Shown here piece by piece: positions 1-14,999 of a stretch of 64,000 nt of DNA. Both the position numbers and the translations under genes were made by a program. Each line of letters starts with the position of its first letter. Positions within the stretch are counted from its first letter, which is position 1. The notes under the pieces were generated by a model, which was given only the letters and a program-made list of their open reading frames with translations, searched no databases and was not told the origin of the DNA. The stretch is from Octopus vulgaris (lineage: Eukaryota), in the NCBI GenBank assembly GCA_951406725.2, contig OX597823.1, forward strand, positions 53,506,001-53,570,000. The letters are read 5' to 3'.

Positions 1-39
1 GTCAGGGTTAATGTACTTATATAAAACATGCCGAAACAT

Positions 40-146
<107 letters not shown>

Positions 147-1268
147 CAAGAATCAGTCAGGGAGAAAAGAGGGGAGACACGGGAAGAGAAAGAAAATGGG
201 AGGTAGGGAGGAGTTCTATGCATTGATCAGAATGTCAATAATTATGACGTTAAAGAAACATGTCTGGATAGAACGAAGCTTTTTCGATAAATTATCTTCC
301 CAGACGGTGCGAAAGAGAGAGAGAATTTGATGCAGTGTATGTATATTTATTGGGATATAGATTTTGTCACGGTTCATTTATTTTAGATGCAGTTTATATT
401 TATTGATGTGTAAGGTTTTATTGTGGTTTATATATTTTCATACAGTTTATATTTATTGAGGAGTTGTTGTTGTTCTTGTTCTTGTTGTTGTTATGCTTTT
501 GTTTGTTTGTTTTTTGTCTTTTTTTTTATTATTTTCATTTTCCAATTTCAAAAGACGAGGGGAAATAAATATCTAAAAGATCAGGGGGGAATAGGTTTAG
601 CAATAGAAAGAATAAATAAATACACCCGATGAAAAGTATTAACCAGTTTGACATCAGAAGGCTGACTTCAAACCATTAGAATTATATTCAATTGTATATG
701 AATATTTTAAAAAGTTTTAAATCGTCTCTAATGTTTCACATGAAAATTAACTCTTTGATAGCTTATGCAAAGCACCTACTAAGGCATTGATTGACTAGAC
801 TTTGTGTGTACGCTACATACAAAGCATTAATTCTGATCTATGAACTTATTCTTGAACGCTTCCTTACTTTTAAAGTGAATTATTGTTACCCTACGTTCAT
901 CTATGGGTCTATTTTGTATAGAAGACACATATTATTTGATCGTTGTTCCATTAAAATTATAAAAGTACATGAGTGAAAATGATATATTTTAAACAAATAT
1001 TTAAAAACACTTCCTAAATTTTGAACCACAGATAAGCTGTGAAACATAATATATTAGAATATTCGAATGTTCCCACTTTTCCATATAGCTTTGATAGCTA
1101 AAAGCAAATTGAAACAGATGCAACAACGCGCGCCGCTTCCGCACACGTGTATGTGTGTATGTTCCATACCCGAGCCCGTAACCCCGTACAGCCATTAGTT
1201 TTGTATATTATTGTTAATTCAAATTTAACTTAACACAGTTTTCACATTGATTTTCATTCAACTTTCAG

Positions 1269-1361
1269 GATTACAAAACTTGATAAAATACATCAGAAAC
1301 ACAGAAAACAAAAATCTCCCCGAAAAATAGCGCTTGTGAGATTCGAACAGACATGCCAAGG
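1269..1361 (+). other. Candidate 93-nt internal exon
   Basis: Acceptor ttttcattcaactttcag| and donor aagg|gtaaga; only one open frame (phase 2-2: ITKLDKIHQKHRKQKSPRKIALVRFEQTCQ). Confidence 0.4.
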
Positions 1362-1860
1362 GTAAGAAATATATCTTGTATTTTTCAATGAGCCAAAGAG
1401 AGCCTCTTGCTGAAGTCTCTTATTGATGATTCTCATTCGATTTTCTCGGAATGTTTGGCTCAGAAGCAATTTATATCAAATAAAAAAAAAATTACTATAA
1501 TATTATCAATAATAATAATAATAAATTATAACAATATTTACACACATTCACAGCACTCATGCCCATACATAAAAGTAGATCAGGTTGGATCAAAGATTAT
1601 TATTATGTCCCACCTAAACATACACCAGCAGTGCTTGGTGTATAGAATAATGAAGGAACATATTTTATTTTTATAATAATAATAATGCATCTAAATAACT
1701 ATCAAATTATCGGACGATCCAAATTTAATATGTAGATGACGTGTAACCCCAGCAATTGAGAAGAAATGCTTGAGGTGTGCAGAATACGTACGCCTGACGA
1801 AAAGAGCTTGTTTCTTTATAAATACAGATAATGTAATAGATACCCTTTATCATATAACAG

Positions 1861-2022
1861 TTGGGCAACTCTCAAGTTTCTGATTCAAACTTGTCTCTTT
1901 TAGTAACAAGTAAAAGAGACTCATTTGATAAAAGTTTTACGAGAAATGGATGGGCATCAGCAGATCCAACCTGTTCTCCTAACCAAAATTTTTTATGTGA
2001 GCTCAAAAGAGAGAGAGAATGA
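1861..2022 (+). pseudogene. Candidate terminal exon with C-type-lectin-like C-terminus
   Basis: Follows ccctttatcatataacag|; open to stop: LGNSQ...RNGWASADPTCSPNQNFLCELKRERE*. W..D..C....FLCE resembles the end of a CTL domain; phase is incompatible with the 1269-1361 exon. Confidence 0.3.
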
Positions 2023-2215
2023 AGAGATTTGCCATGAGCATTTTTGTGTGTTTGTGTCAATAATTCTGTTTCTATTTTGATCATTATGATTATCACCCAG
2101 TTTCCAGTTCATGAAAATTTACCATGAAATTATCGTCTGCCTAGAACAGAGTTTCTGTATCATTTGTGCAAATTGTAACTTATACCTTGTATGTATTATG
2201 TATGTTTATTGTATA

Positions 2216-2405
2216 CTAGCAATACCCATGGAAATTTCCACTGATATTGTGTAAACTACGAGTTTGTTAAAAGTTTATACAGAATCTGGAATTACACACA
2301 GTTTTTCATTTTTTTATGTGCTGAGTGGGTGGTGGTCATTTCATTTTTATGATTATTTAACGTCGACAGAGATGGACTGAGCGCACTTTAGAATGAAAAT
2401 ACAGA
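2216..2405 (-). mobile_element. Short non-autonomous Helitron-like element
   Basis: Minus strand begins a|TC and ends with palindromic hairpin tggaaatttcca then gtattgCTAG|t (A/T insertion site). Confidence 0.4.
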
Positions 2406-2707
2406 TTCATTTCTATATTTTTTTCTTTTTTTTTTCTTTTTTCGCATTTTTCATTGTGACTATGTTGAGTTTGATGAAAATTTTTTGAAAAATAATGTTT
2501 ATAGCGAATGTTTTAACCAATCGTAAAAGAGAGAACGAAATTAAAGAGATATTCTGTCTGAAATATTGTTCTTTCACGATATGAAAACGTTGGTAAAACA
2601 TTACCAAAGGAAAATTTATGAGGCTGGATTTGAAACAGAACTCCCAAGGAACAAAGTACATGAAGTTACCTTGTGAGGTAGGATGCAAAATATATTTGAC
2701 CACTAAT

Positions 2708-2709
<2 letters not shown>

Positions 2710-2753
<44 letters not shown>

Positions 2754-2830
2754 GGATGGACAGACAGGCAGACAGACAGACAGACAGACAGACAGACAGC
2801 TAGATAGATAAATAGATAGATAGATAGATC

Positions 2831-2862
<32 letters not shown>

Positions 2863-3020
2863 TATAGATAGATAGATAGATAGATAGACATATATACATA
2901 TGCATATATATATGTATATATATATACATATACATGTATTTGCATATATACATATATACATATGCATATATATATATACATATATGTATACACACACACA
3001 CACACACACACATATATATT
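2710..3020. repeat. Compound (GACA)/(GATA)/(TA)/(CA) microsatellite
   Basis: Direct. Confidence 0.95.
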
Positions 3021-3079
3021 AACGAGTGTGTGGTCAAACGAAAGAAAAGGGCACACTCAACACATTTAGTAAGGGTTCC

Positions 3080-3270
3080 ATATATTATTAGTTAAAACAG
3101 TTTGATTCGATTCCATACGACTCAATGATTCGCAAGCTTCTAACGGAAACCTAGTTAGGTCCTTGCTTTCCTTCATTCAATAATCTGAACTTGAGCGAGC
3201 TGGGTTTCTAGTAAAAGCCTGCAGAACTTTAAGTCACTGGAACCGAATCAAACTGTTTTAAATAATATAT
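3080..3270. mobile_element. Palindromic MITE-like fold-back
   Basis: Perfect 18-bp inverted repeat ttaaaacagtttgattcg (3092-3109) / cgaatcaaactgttttaa (3244-3261), extending imperfectly to ~70-bp arms; TA-rich flanks. Confidence 0.65.
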
Positions 3271-3285
3271 AACCATACCTATACA

Positions 3286-3363
<78 letters not shown>

Positions 3364-3476
3364 TTAGAGACAAAACCACTATTTTGCAAAACAATCTTCA
3401 GGTGGACTTCCAATAAGTGGATTTAATCCTAAATCTGATTTTTTTCCCTGTAAATTTGGATTTATTCCCTAATATT

Positions 3477-3521
<45 letters not shown>

Positions 3522-3522
<1 letters not shown>

Positions 3523-3922
3523 TCTTTTACACTTTTACTTGTTTCAGTCATTTGACTGCAGCCATGCTGGAGCACCGCCTTTTCGTCGAGCAAATCGATC
3601 CCAGGACTTACTCTTAGTAAGCCTAATACTTACTCTATCGGGCTCTTTTGCCGAACCGCTAAGTTACGGGGTCGTAAACACACCAGCATCGGTTGTCAAG
3701 CGATGTTGGGGGGACAAACACAGACACACAAACATATACACACACATACATACATATATATATATACATATATACGACGGGCTTCTTTCAGTTTCCGTCT
3801 ACCAAATCCAGTCACAAGGCTTTGGTCGGCCCAAGGCTATAGCAGAAGACACTTCCCCAAGGTGCCACGCAGTGGGACTGAACCCGTAACCATGTGGTTG
3901 GTAAGCAAGCTACTTACCACAC
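3522..3922 (-). mobile_element. SINE family A (tRNA head + CORE-like domain), near full length, CpGs retained
   Basis: Minus: gtggtaag...gggttcagtccc A/B boxes, gcaccttggggaagtgtcttct CORE-like segment, internal microsatellite, tail actgaaacaagtaaaag; many homologous copies in window. Confidence 0.9.
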
Positions 3923-3991
3923 ACACACACACACACACACGCACGCACACACACACACACACACATATATATATGTGTGTGTGTGTGTGTG

Positions 3992-4023
<32 letters not shown>

Positions 4024-4119
4024 ACGGGAAGCTTTATGAAAATAGACAAAAGACGAAGGCAGGTGGAAAACAAACGAACAATTGTATATATATATACATA
4101 CATACATTCATACACGCAT

Positions 4120-4395
<276 letters not shown>

Positions 4396-4654
4396 AAGTA
4401 TGCAGAAAATCCATATATGTAAAAGACATGCCTGTGTACATAAACTGTACAAAATAACCTTCGCAATTTCATACAAAACATACGACAAAGACGTGGCTGT
4501 AAAAGCAAGCCGTAAGAGATTAATTTATGTAGGAAAAAGAGAGAGTAGAATAGAGTAGGCTACGCGTATATATATGAAGGGTATATAGACGAGACATATA
4601 TGCATATATATAAATATATATATATATAATACATAATATATATATGTTTGTATA

Positions 4655-4746
<92 letters not shown>

Positions 4747-5003
4747 TATGTATGTATGTTTATGTATGTACGTATGTATTTGTACATAAAAGCTTGTATT
4801 GACCGCAGCGTAAAAGAAAATGTTTTAGGTAAATCTCACGGCTAAAAAGTTTAAATTTTATTTATAAAAGGATTCTGTTTTCTCTTCGAATGATTGACAG
4901 CATCAGGGGACTAATGGAACACACAAGACTTTTACCAAGAACTTTTCGTTGAGAATTTTAAAGCTTTTTATAAAAGTTTCTAAAAGTGAATAATAACAAT
5001 AAC

Positions 5004-5004
<1 letters not shown>

Positions 5005-5083
<79 letters not shown>

Positions 5084-5106
5084 AAGAAGAAGAAGAAGAA
5101 GAAGAA
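5005..5106. repeat. (TAG)n + (AAG)n microsatellite
   Basis: Direct. Confidence 0.95.
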
Positions 5107-5689
5107 CTGACCGAATACCTGTAAATTCAAATCCTTAGATTTATTTCTATATAAATGTATGTACCTTAGGCACTCCTTTTTGAAAGCTAAATGTGTATTT
5201 TCCAAGAACGAATATCTATTATTTCGGTGTTTGAAAGCTTTTGAATGAAAATTTCAACTTTTTATATTTATATTTTTCCTTTGCCTATAAAAGCAAACGA
5301 CAAATACCAATGCCCAAACTCCCGATAGGCATGAATTTATTTTCAGAAATATTGGTCGTACAATCGGGTTAATACTATTTTGGCGACTTCGAGCAAATTG
5401 CAGTATTGGTCAAAAGCCAAAAAGGAAGGTTTTTGATGACAATAATAATAATAATGATAATAATAATAATTTCAAGTATGTTGAACTTGCTATTTTGTTA
5501 TTTTTGCTTTTGTGTTTCCAATATTTTTATATCTAATTAATATAGGGCTTGCTTATTAATGTATAACCCATTGCTGTTTAATGTATAAGGGATAAGATTG
5601 GCGTACAAAATGTCCGTTCTTTCATCACAGACACATACACACATACACGCGTTTATTTATATATATACATATGGATATGTGTGTCTGTA

Positions 5690-5694
5690 TGTGT

Positions 5695-5731
<37 letters not shown>

Positions 5732-6048
5732 TGTATATTTATATACATACATACACACATATATATGTATATATATATATATATATACTACATATGTATG
5801 TGTGTATATATATACATAACTATATGTGTGTATATATATATATATATATACGTATATATATATATATATATATATAAAATACATACATATACATATATAT
5901 GTAAATATATAAATATGTACATATATACAATATATATATGCAATATATATATATATATACTGCATATATATATTGTAGATATGTACATATATATATATAT
6001 ATACTGCATATATATATTGTAGATATGTACATATATTTATATATTTGC

Positions 6049-6105
<57 letters not shown>
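5690..6105. repeat. Degenerate (TA)n tract with an internal ~44-bp tandem duplication
   Basis: Unit tactgcatatatatattgtagatatgtacat occurs twice near 5958 and 6002. Confidence 0.85.
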
Positions 6106-6349
6106 CTGTGTGCGCGCACAAGTCACCTATAAGCTAGTCACAGACACTAAGGAAGTGACAAGGCTTTCTTCCATGTATTCGTGAATATGTGACCGAGTTA
6201 ATGGGAGTACATATGTAGGTTCGTCCGTGATTGTATTTGCACTTGTGTAATGGTTGTGTATGCTTTGTTGGTATACGTATGTATATCGCGTATGTGTGTG
6301 TGTATTTATTGTTTGTGTGTATATATATATTTGTTTGAGGAAGCTCGAA

Positions 6350-8060
6350 CAGAGAATCTTTGAAGGGTTTTTACAATCTTCACTGTGCAACTAATAGATT
6401 GCATTTGAAGAATGTGAGTCCATTTACTTTGTTCTTTCTTGGAAAACCGCCGTGTTTCTGTTTTTATACAAATCTGTTGTTATATAACCCAGTGCTTCTA
6501 TGATAATTGGTACAATTGAGAATTTATAAACCGAAGTCAGAAGTTGTATGTTCCGCATTAGTTCACCTCAGTTATTCTCTTTTATCCGCAACTTTAAAAG
6601 TAAATATTCACGTCTACTTTAGAGGTCAGCTGTCCAGCTGACCTCTAACTATGGTCAATGACTTTTGTTCTCTGTTCTGCAAAACACTTCCAGATCTTTT
6701 GTGTTTGTACTGGTTTGCTGTTTTTATTGGAATACTCCACTTGTATTCCTTGTTTTTAAAACGTATGGATGCATTCTGGTTCAGTTGTGTCTTTGATATG
6801 AACATCAGGACAATTATTCCTGAGGTTAGCATTGTTTATAGTTTTGGTAGCAATATCATGTCTTATAGGTAAGAGTATTTAACGGACATTTTTGCAGAAC
6901 TGCTAACAATATGGGTAATATCTTCCACACTGGAATAGCATAATCAACATTATTTATTCCAGATTGGCGGTTTGGGAGGCATCCTTATTCATTTTGTTCA
7001 TCAGTTCTTTAGTAATACTTGTTCCTGAATTGGCGAAGGAGTATGTATACTCTTGGAGCAAATGTCAAATACCACAGGTCCGGGAGAGGTTACTCTTCCT
7101 GTTTATGTTATTGATTAACTTTCCCTATGTGATATGTACCCATACATAACTTCTACTTATAGGATGAGACATTCTCCCCAATTTTCTGTTCAGCAGGATT
7201 GGTCTAACTTCCATTAGATGACCTGGAACCCCACTCACCCGTATTCTCAGAATACTTATTCAGGATTTCTTATCGTTTTCTCTGTAGCGCACACATGAGA
7301 TCTACTCATTTTTCATTTAACTGTTAACAGCTGTTGTCTCGGTATTACTCAAAAGGCATTTGGACTAATCTTGTGCCTCAGCTTCCGACAAACACAAATC
7401 TTGTTATTGTTAATGTGGAAGTCACCAGTAGTGGTGACTATCTTTTGTTTTGGTGTCCATATAGGTGTTCTCTTCGAATATCCAGTCAATTATCCCAAAT
7501 ATTTGTACTAGCACTGAAACTGCGAAAGCGTTAAAAGATAAAGCTTTATTGAATATGGACAGCTCTGATTTCAATAACTTCCAAAGTCTGTTGAAGTATT
7601 ACTCACAGCACTAACGTATATATGACCATGTTCATCAATTCTGTATACATGCAACTTTCGTCATTGGAGACAACGGGACTGACAGGCCATTGATACTCGT
7701 TTGTCAGGTCAACAATATTTCCTCGACTGACTACCAAATATGAACATTTATCCTAACCAAATTCTATTTCTACTTACCGTAAGAATGATATGACCAGTTC
7801 CAGCTGTCACTTTGGTGTCACGAAATTAACTAAATAAAAGAAAACTTCAGGCCATCGTAAAAAGGGTAGCGAGCGTGACTTGGACGTTCTTCTTTCCTAC
7901 AAATATTCCTATGTAGCTTCGGCATGTCTTTAGCGAAGATGACAAGAGGTTGACAGACAAGACGAACAGAAATCCAAGCACATTGTCACCCTGGAATATT
8001 CTCACGAATAACCTAATTCTGTTTCTATGTTGCTTCAATCCTTATCCTTGAGGAGCATGC
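6350..8060 (-). mobile_element. Decayed RLE-type non-LTR retrotransposon (R4/Dong-like): RT, CCHC knuckle and restriction-like endonuclease
   Basis: Manual translation across stops/frameshifts gives the expected order: IFQGDNVLGFLFVLSVNLLS; FYDGLK (for FxDDLK); IEFG*DKCSYL; KSELSIFNK..NAFAVSVL..FGIIDW; FAIQEQ; C*LC..VEDITHIVSS; RHD; EYKWSIPIKT; ELMRNIQLL..FSIVPIIIEALG. Confidence 0.85.
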
Positions 8061-9289
8061 TTTAAATAATCTTTTTAATGGCTCTGGCTATAACAGATGG
8101 CAACTTTATGTATGTAGTATATGTGCATGTATGTATAAGATTGCATCTATGTATATATATATATATTATGTACGTGCGATTGTGAGTGATGAAGAGAGTC
8201 AGATGTATGCATATGATATATATATATATATAATAGACTTTATTTTCACAGTGAAATTTACTGAGAATTACCCTGTGTTACTCTCTTATCTTCAGTATAA
8301 ATATATGAAGCATATCTTCCAGTAAATGTTGCAATCTATTTAGTAATGGCGTCCTTGTTTAAAAGCTCGAATTTGGTCCTTTTTCATCTAAGGTAAAATA
8401 GCTTCATGGCGTCTATCAGCTTCGCTTCAAAATTATACTTATAAGGATTTGAATTGCTTGAAATCTTTTTTTTTAAATTTATATAGTATTCTTGATATTT
8501 TACAACGGATGATCAGTTTTTCACCAACTTTGCAGTTGGAAGCGTCCAGTTCATCACAAGTATCTGGGGATGGTCTCCGGTTTAAGAATACTTTCTTACC
8601 CTCTTCCCTCCCTTTCTGCACATCAGACTCGGAGGCCGCTGTAAAAGCTTATGGTCACTTCCCTTCGTACCAGACTAAGCAATTTAAAAAGAAAAAGGCA
8701 GGCGGCTGAATACGAACCACCAACGCACTGATTTGCAGCAGGTTGACAACTGAAATGATTCGGACAGCTGCATGTTGATCTCAGATGCTTTCACTTACGC
8801 AAAAACGACACGTTTATTTCTGCTGCTTTAAGAATAAATCTCTGTTCATCTTATGGCTGTAAAAACATTTTTTTATGTGTGAGCATACGCGTGTGTGTGT
8901 ACAAACACACTCACACACACACACACGCACACACAAAGTAGTATCTGGTTGCAGATAATCCCACTTGGCACCAGATAGCTTTCCTAATGCAATGAACATA
9001 TCCATGTTACACTAATTTGAAGGCGTGGCGGGGCAGGTGTCTCGCTAGGAGAGTTAAAGGATAGAACTGATAGAGTACAATTTCTATAGTCTATAAAGTG
9101 GTTCCCCGAACAGCACTCACACCAACAAGATAGAAAAAAAAGAGAAAATAATATAACATATATAGGTAAAAAAAAAACAAGTTATCTGTCACTTCTCCTA
9201 GATTCAATAAACGACTCTCGATAGCTCAAGAGATTTTTTTTCTTATATTCCAGTTGGCCACATTAAATGCCTCACTAATATACTCGCAC

Positions 9290-9396
9290 GCGTGTGTGTG
9301 TGCGTGTGCGTGTGTCTGTGTATGTGTGTGTCTGTGTGTCTGATATATGTGTGTGTTTGTGTGTGCGCGCGCGAGTGCATGTACTCAGCATGCATG

Positions 9397-9465
<69 letters not shown>

Positions 9466-9502
9466 GCATACATATATGTATGTACGTATATGTATGTACG
9501 TG

Positions 9503-9536
<34 letters not shown>

Positions 9537-9647
9537 TGTATGTATGTATGTATATGTATGTATGTACGTGTATGTATGTATGTATCTGTATCTATCTATA
9601 TATATATATATATATATATCTATATATATACAGAGAGAGAGAGAGAG

Positions 9648-9719
<72 letters not shown>

Positions 9720-10012
9720 GCATACATTTATGTATGTACGTGTATGTATATGTATGTATGTACGTGTATGTATGTATATGTCTATATATATATATATATG
9801 CATACCTTTATACATACATATATTTACATACTTTATGTACGTATATATATATATATATATATACATATATACATATATACATACATACATACATGCATGC
9901 ATACATACATACATACATAAATATATACATACATACATGCATACATACATACATACATACATACATACATACATACATACATACATACATACATACATAC
10001 ATACATACATAC
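9290..10012. repeat. Compound (TG)/(TA)/(TATG)/(CATA) microsatellite
   Basis: Direct; explains the 200-250 aa YIYI/MYVC ORFs. Confidence 0.95.
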
Positions 10013-10562
10013 ACTGCGTTGCTGGGTTGTTTGTAGAGTAAGTGTAATTTATAAAAACACGCTTTCGCTTAGGAAATAGGCTCCGATTGACAAGTTAATA
10101 GATGAAGAAGTGATGGACTGGCAGTTAATGGATAAATGTTCACATCCAAATAGAAGTGATATGCTAGCATTTAGATTAATATCGATGGGACGAAGACAGC
10201 TGGTCAGTCCAGATTGAAACACTTACTAAATTGACCAAGACGGTGCTTTCTAATGCTTCCCTTCAATGCCGTATACGATATATCTGTTTTTATGTTTGCA
10301 TGAGGTTTTTTTTTAAATCGTTATTTTTATTTATATTTATTATTTAGGGTAGTTATTTCGTTAGCACTTGCTAAAAGTAATTATGTCCGCGTTGCAATTA
10401 CAGTATATTTTTAAATCCGCATTATTGCAACAGAAATTATGTATCTGTATGTATATGTGTTTACAGGGATATGTATAGGTACATGCATACACACATACCT
10501 ACATTCAACGATGAGTAACTTATATTGTATATGTATTAAGATACGGTCGTACGGTCATTTGC

Positions 10563-10593
<31 letters not shown>

Positions 10594-10749
10594 AGCACAC
10601 ACATATCAGAATGTACGTGTATAATATATGTTTATATGTATATGTTACAGGGTGAGAGAGAGAGAGATAGGAGGGGGGAGAAAGAGAGAAAATATGTTTG
10701 TTTCTTTTTATAAATTACTCCTTCAAAACAACCTTACAAAGACTGGAAG

Positions 10750-11222
<473 letters not shown>

Positions 11223-11888
11223 ACTTATTTGTATCGTTTTTAATTCTATGATAGCACTGACAAATGATGTCACGGTGCAAGTGTTTCGTTGCTGGATATA
11301 GTTCAATTGAGTTTCGACTGGTTCTTCATAATGACAGGCCAAGGCAATTATGATCGGAACGAAACATTCTACAGCAACGTGTTCTAAGCATGAATACACT
11401 GGAGCAGTTTACCCATTGCCAAAAATATGCACTGCTAACCAATGATAACTTCATACAAAAATTTTTACAGCGTACTCCCGCTGATCACAGCTGCTTACCT
11501 ATTTACTACAAGGTGGAATAAAATTATTTAATTCTTCGATGCAACGGTCTGCCAAGAGCATGTTACAAACCGTCCAACCTTTTACTCCGATCCAATCGTT
11601 TGCTGCCGACCATCCAACTATATAAATTATCGAACTATTTTAAATTATCGATTGTCACATAGTAATGTCTGTAGGACAAATTATTTTATATTTACGAAAC
11701 AAATACAATTTATTACTCGCTTTCTTACACTCAAAGGCCTTCATAAATGTTATTTCGATATTTTTTTGAAGTACCACACAACATACGTGTACAGGTGTAA
11801 ACACGCGTACACATATACACACACATATAGGTATATGTATGCATAAATTATGTCTCACTCTCTCTCTCTCTCTTGCTCTCTCTCTCTC

Positions 11889-11927
<39 letters not shown>

Positions 11928-12105
11928 ATATACATACGCTTATATCGAAGTCTTCAAAATGGAAACGGATACGAACGTTCCCGTTGTGATAAGGTTGATA
12001 ATTGATAAGAGATTCCACTTACATGAAACCATTGGTATCCTTTTTAAGCCACAAATAAGTGTGTGTGTGTGAGCGTGTGCGTATGTGTGTGTGTGGTGTG
12101 TGTGT

Positions 12106-12145
<40 letters not shown>

Positions 12146-12394
12146 CTAGCGCTGTGGGCGGGGGTGGTGAACCTCTAAACAACGACAAAAACAACTGTCT
12201 GTTAATTTTAAATGAATTTCTTTACTGAGCATAGTTCTTTTGCAAATGATCGTGTAACATTCTTTTCCGATTCAGTATCTGCTTCTGGCTTCGCTTTCAA
12301 GCCCCATTACAATCTTCATTGCTACCAAATAGATAGCTTGAAGATGGCTTCTTATAGTTGCATCCGGCTTATTACTATTTACATTATCATCATC

Positions 12395-12573
12395 AAGGTG
12401 GTGAGCTGACAGGATCAATAGCACACTGGGCAAAATGCTTAGCAGCATTTCGTCCGTCTATACGTTCTGAGTTCAAATTCCGCCGCGGTCGACTTTACCT
12501 TTCTTCTTTCCGGGGCCAATAAAATAAGTACTCCTATCAAAAAATTGCTGGCTCTGCGCTAAAATTCGAAACC
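12395..12573 (+). mobile_element. SINE family B (tRNA head + Meta/MESC-like domain)
   Basis: aaggtggtgagctgacag...ttctgagttcaaattcc...gtcgactttacctttt...ggggccaataaaataagtac; homologous to the 15.0-15.9 kb copies. Confidence 0.8.
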
Positions 12574-12584
12574 ATTATTGCTGT

Positions 12585-12642
12585 TGTTATCATCATCATC
12601 ATCATATTCATCATCAAATTCATTATCATCATCATCATCATC

Positions 12643-12692
<50 letters not shown>

Positions 12693-12707
12693 CATCATCA
12701 TCATCAT

Positions 12708-12767
<60 letters not shown>

Positions 12768-12780
12768 ACATTATTATTAC

Positions 12781-12835
<55 letters not shown>
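12585..12835. repeat. (ATC)n/(ATT)n microsatellite
   Basis: Direct. Confidence 0.95.
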
Positions 12836-12939
12836 GCTGCGGTGGCGGCGGCGGCATCTACGAAATAGCTAAATATGAAATAAATTCTCCGTCTCACAAA
12901 AGTAATGCGAATGGACTAATGAAAAAGGTGCTCAAATCG

Positions 12940-12953
12940 GTTGCTATGGCAAT
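12940..12953. promoter_or_regulatory. RFX X-box-like motif
   Basis: gttgctatggcaat, 13/14 to GTTGCYATGGCAAC; motif match only. Confidence 0.25.
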
Positions 12954-13812
12954 GTATAAAGACATCTGTTATCACCGTCATCATCGTCATCTTCGTCGTC
13001 GTCGTCGTCGTCGTCGTCTTTGTCATCGTCATCGTCGTCGCCACCACCACCACCACCACCACCAACACCAACACCACCACCACCATTACTGCCAACCACC
13101 ATCGCCATGATGCAATAAACCGTGATCGCAACATCTCAGATTTGGAGACGTCATCTATTTTGTCCATGTCGTTTTCAATTTATCCAGAAAGTCGTATCAT
13201 TGATCATCTCATAATAAAAATAAGAGAAAATTTGGGCTTACTGGAAAATATGCAGTTTTATTACCCCTTTTGTATAATTGTCCCCCTAATCAGATACGAG
13301 GCGGCCATTGGTAATAGCTGATATCTGCCTTAACATCAATTTTTCACCTAGCTAGGGTCTCGTTTTTTTTTTTCCTTTTTCTTTTTTTCTTTCCTTTCAT
13401 TTCTGCCCATATTACTAATGTATTACAATTAGCAGCGTATTTTCCTTCTCTTCTCTTAAAGGGATCTCCAGCGAAGGGCTACCATCGTTTTAACCTTATG
13501 TTACTGCTGTAGCTGTTCTTGTTTCCAGAGCACTGGAATAAGTCCCCAAGCTGTAATACTAGTAATTGCTTAGTGTTTCACCTCGACTATTAGCCAAATT
13601 ATTATCATAAAAACAAAGGCAAATGCCTTAATAAAGCACTTTTTTTTTTCTGGCCTTCATCATTTTGCTCTCTCCCTCTCTCTTTCTCTCTTTCTCTCTT
13701 TCTCTCTCTCTCTCTCTCTCCGTCTTCTTTTGGTCAAGGAGCAATGAGTGTATGTGTTTATGTGTCATTTTTTCTGTGTCTATATGTCAGTATGGACAAA
13801 GTTTCCACATGT

Positions 13813-13857
<45 letters not shown>

Positions 13858-14486
13858 CACGCAGTGTATGTGTGTGTGGAGGGGTTGAAAGAGTTAATAA
13901 CATGATCAAAAGCCAATTATATATTTGTGAATTGGGATTTTGCGCTTAATATACGCTAAAGAGCGATAAGATTGGTCAAATCGGTGAAGGGTCGGACTAC
14001 TAAATGCCTTAGAGTATTTAGTTTACGCACCTTTACATACTAAGTTCAAATCCCGCCGAGGTTAGCGTAACATTTCATCATTCTCACAACTGCTGTATCT
14101 GTGTGTGTGTGTGAGAAAGAGAGTGGGGGGGATGAGAGAAAGCGTAAGAGAGAAAGCGAGAGAGGGGGATAACGTGAAAGGAAGAGCGGGAGATGTTGTA
14201 AGAGACAGACAGACAGACAGACAGACAGTAAGTGTATGTGTATGCAAAGGGTTCGACGAAACAAAAGTACCAGTTAAGTACTCTGGATCCTTTGCGTTAG
14301 ATCACAAATTAATATTTTTGCTACGTTCTGGGTTCAGCTCTAAAAGTACCCCGAAGGGTCAATTTAATCGACCAGATAGATCTCTATTCCGCCTTTGCCC
14401 CCGCAACCACCGCCACCATCATCACTACCATCAAAATAATTCAAGCCTTGTAACTAAATAAAACAAAAGAAAAAAGAAAAAACATT

Positions 14487-14522
<36 letters not shown>

Positions 14523-14650
14523 GTCATCGTTATCCTCCTCATCATTATTAAATTATTATTAATAAATTTTAAATCCAGAAAACTTTCAGAAAGATATCAC
14601 ACTTTCTTATTATTTGCGATTGTTGTTGTTGATGATAATGATGCTGATGA

Positions 14651-14682
<32 letters not shown>

Positions 14683-14898
14683 GTGGTGGTGGTGGTGGTG
14701 GTGGTGGTGGTGTGTGTGTGTGTGTGTGTGCTTTAGTCCTTTATTTCTTTCAAGTAGATGCGGATGTGTTAAATATATATTTCAAATTGCAAACACTCCT
14801 CTAAGACTGCTTATACATTTCTTGATAAGTTGACAAATTTAGCACAAAGAACAAATTCCTTCTAGCTGAAATGTTGTTTATTATTATATTATGCTATG

Positions 14899-14981
<83 letters not shown>

Positions 14982-14999
14982 CATCATCATTATATTATA

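Noticed and set aside
270-310. HHR on minus strand (ctgggaa-gataa-t-ttatc-gaaa-aagctt)
   Set aside because: Two core mismatches, stem III out of register, no stem I
3375-3408. HHR on minus strand (ccac-ctgaaga...gtgg)
   Set aside because: No GAAA or stem III
10080-10295. hAT dimerisation-domain remnant (EEVMDWQL...KLTKTVLS)
   Set aside because: Needs several frameshifts; too weak without a search
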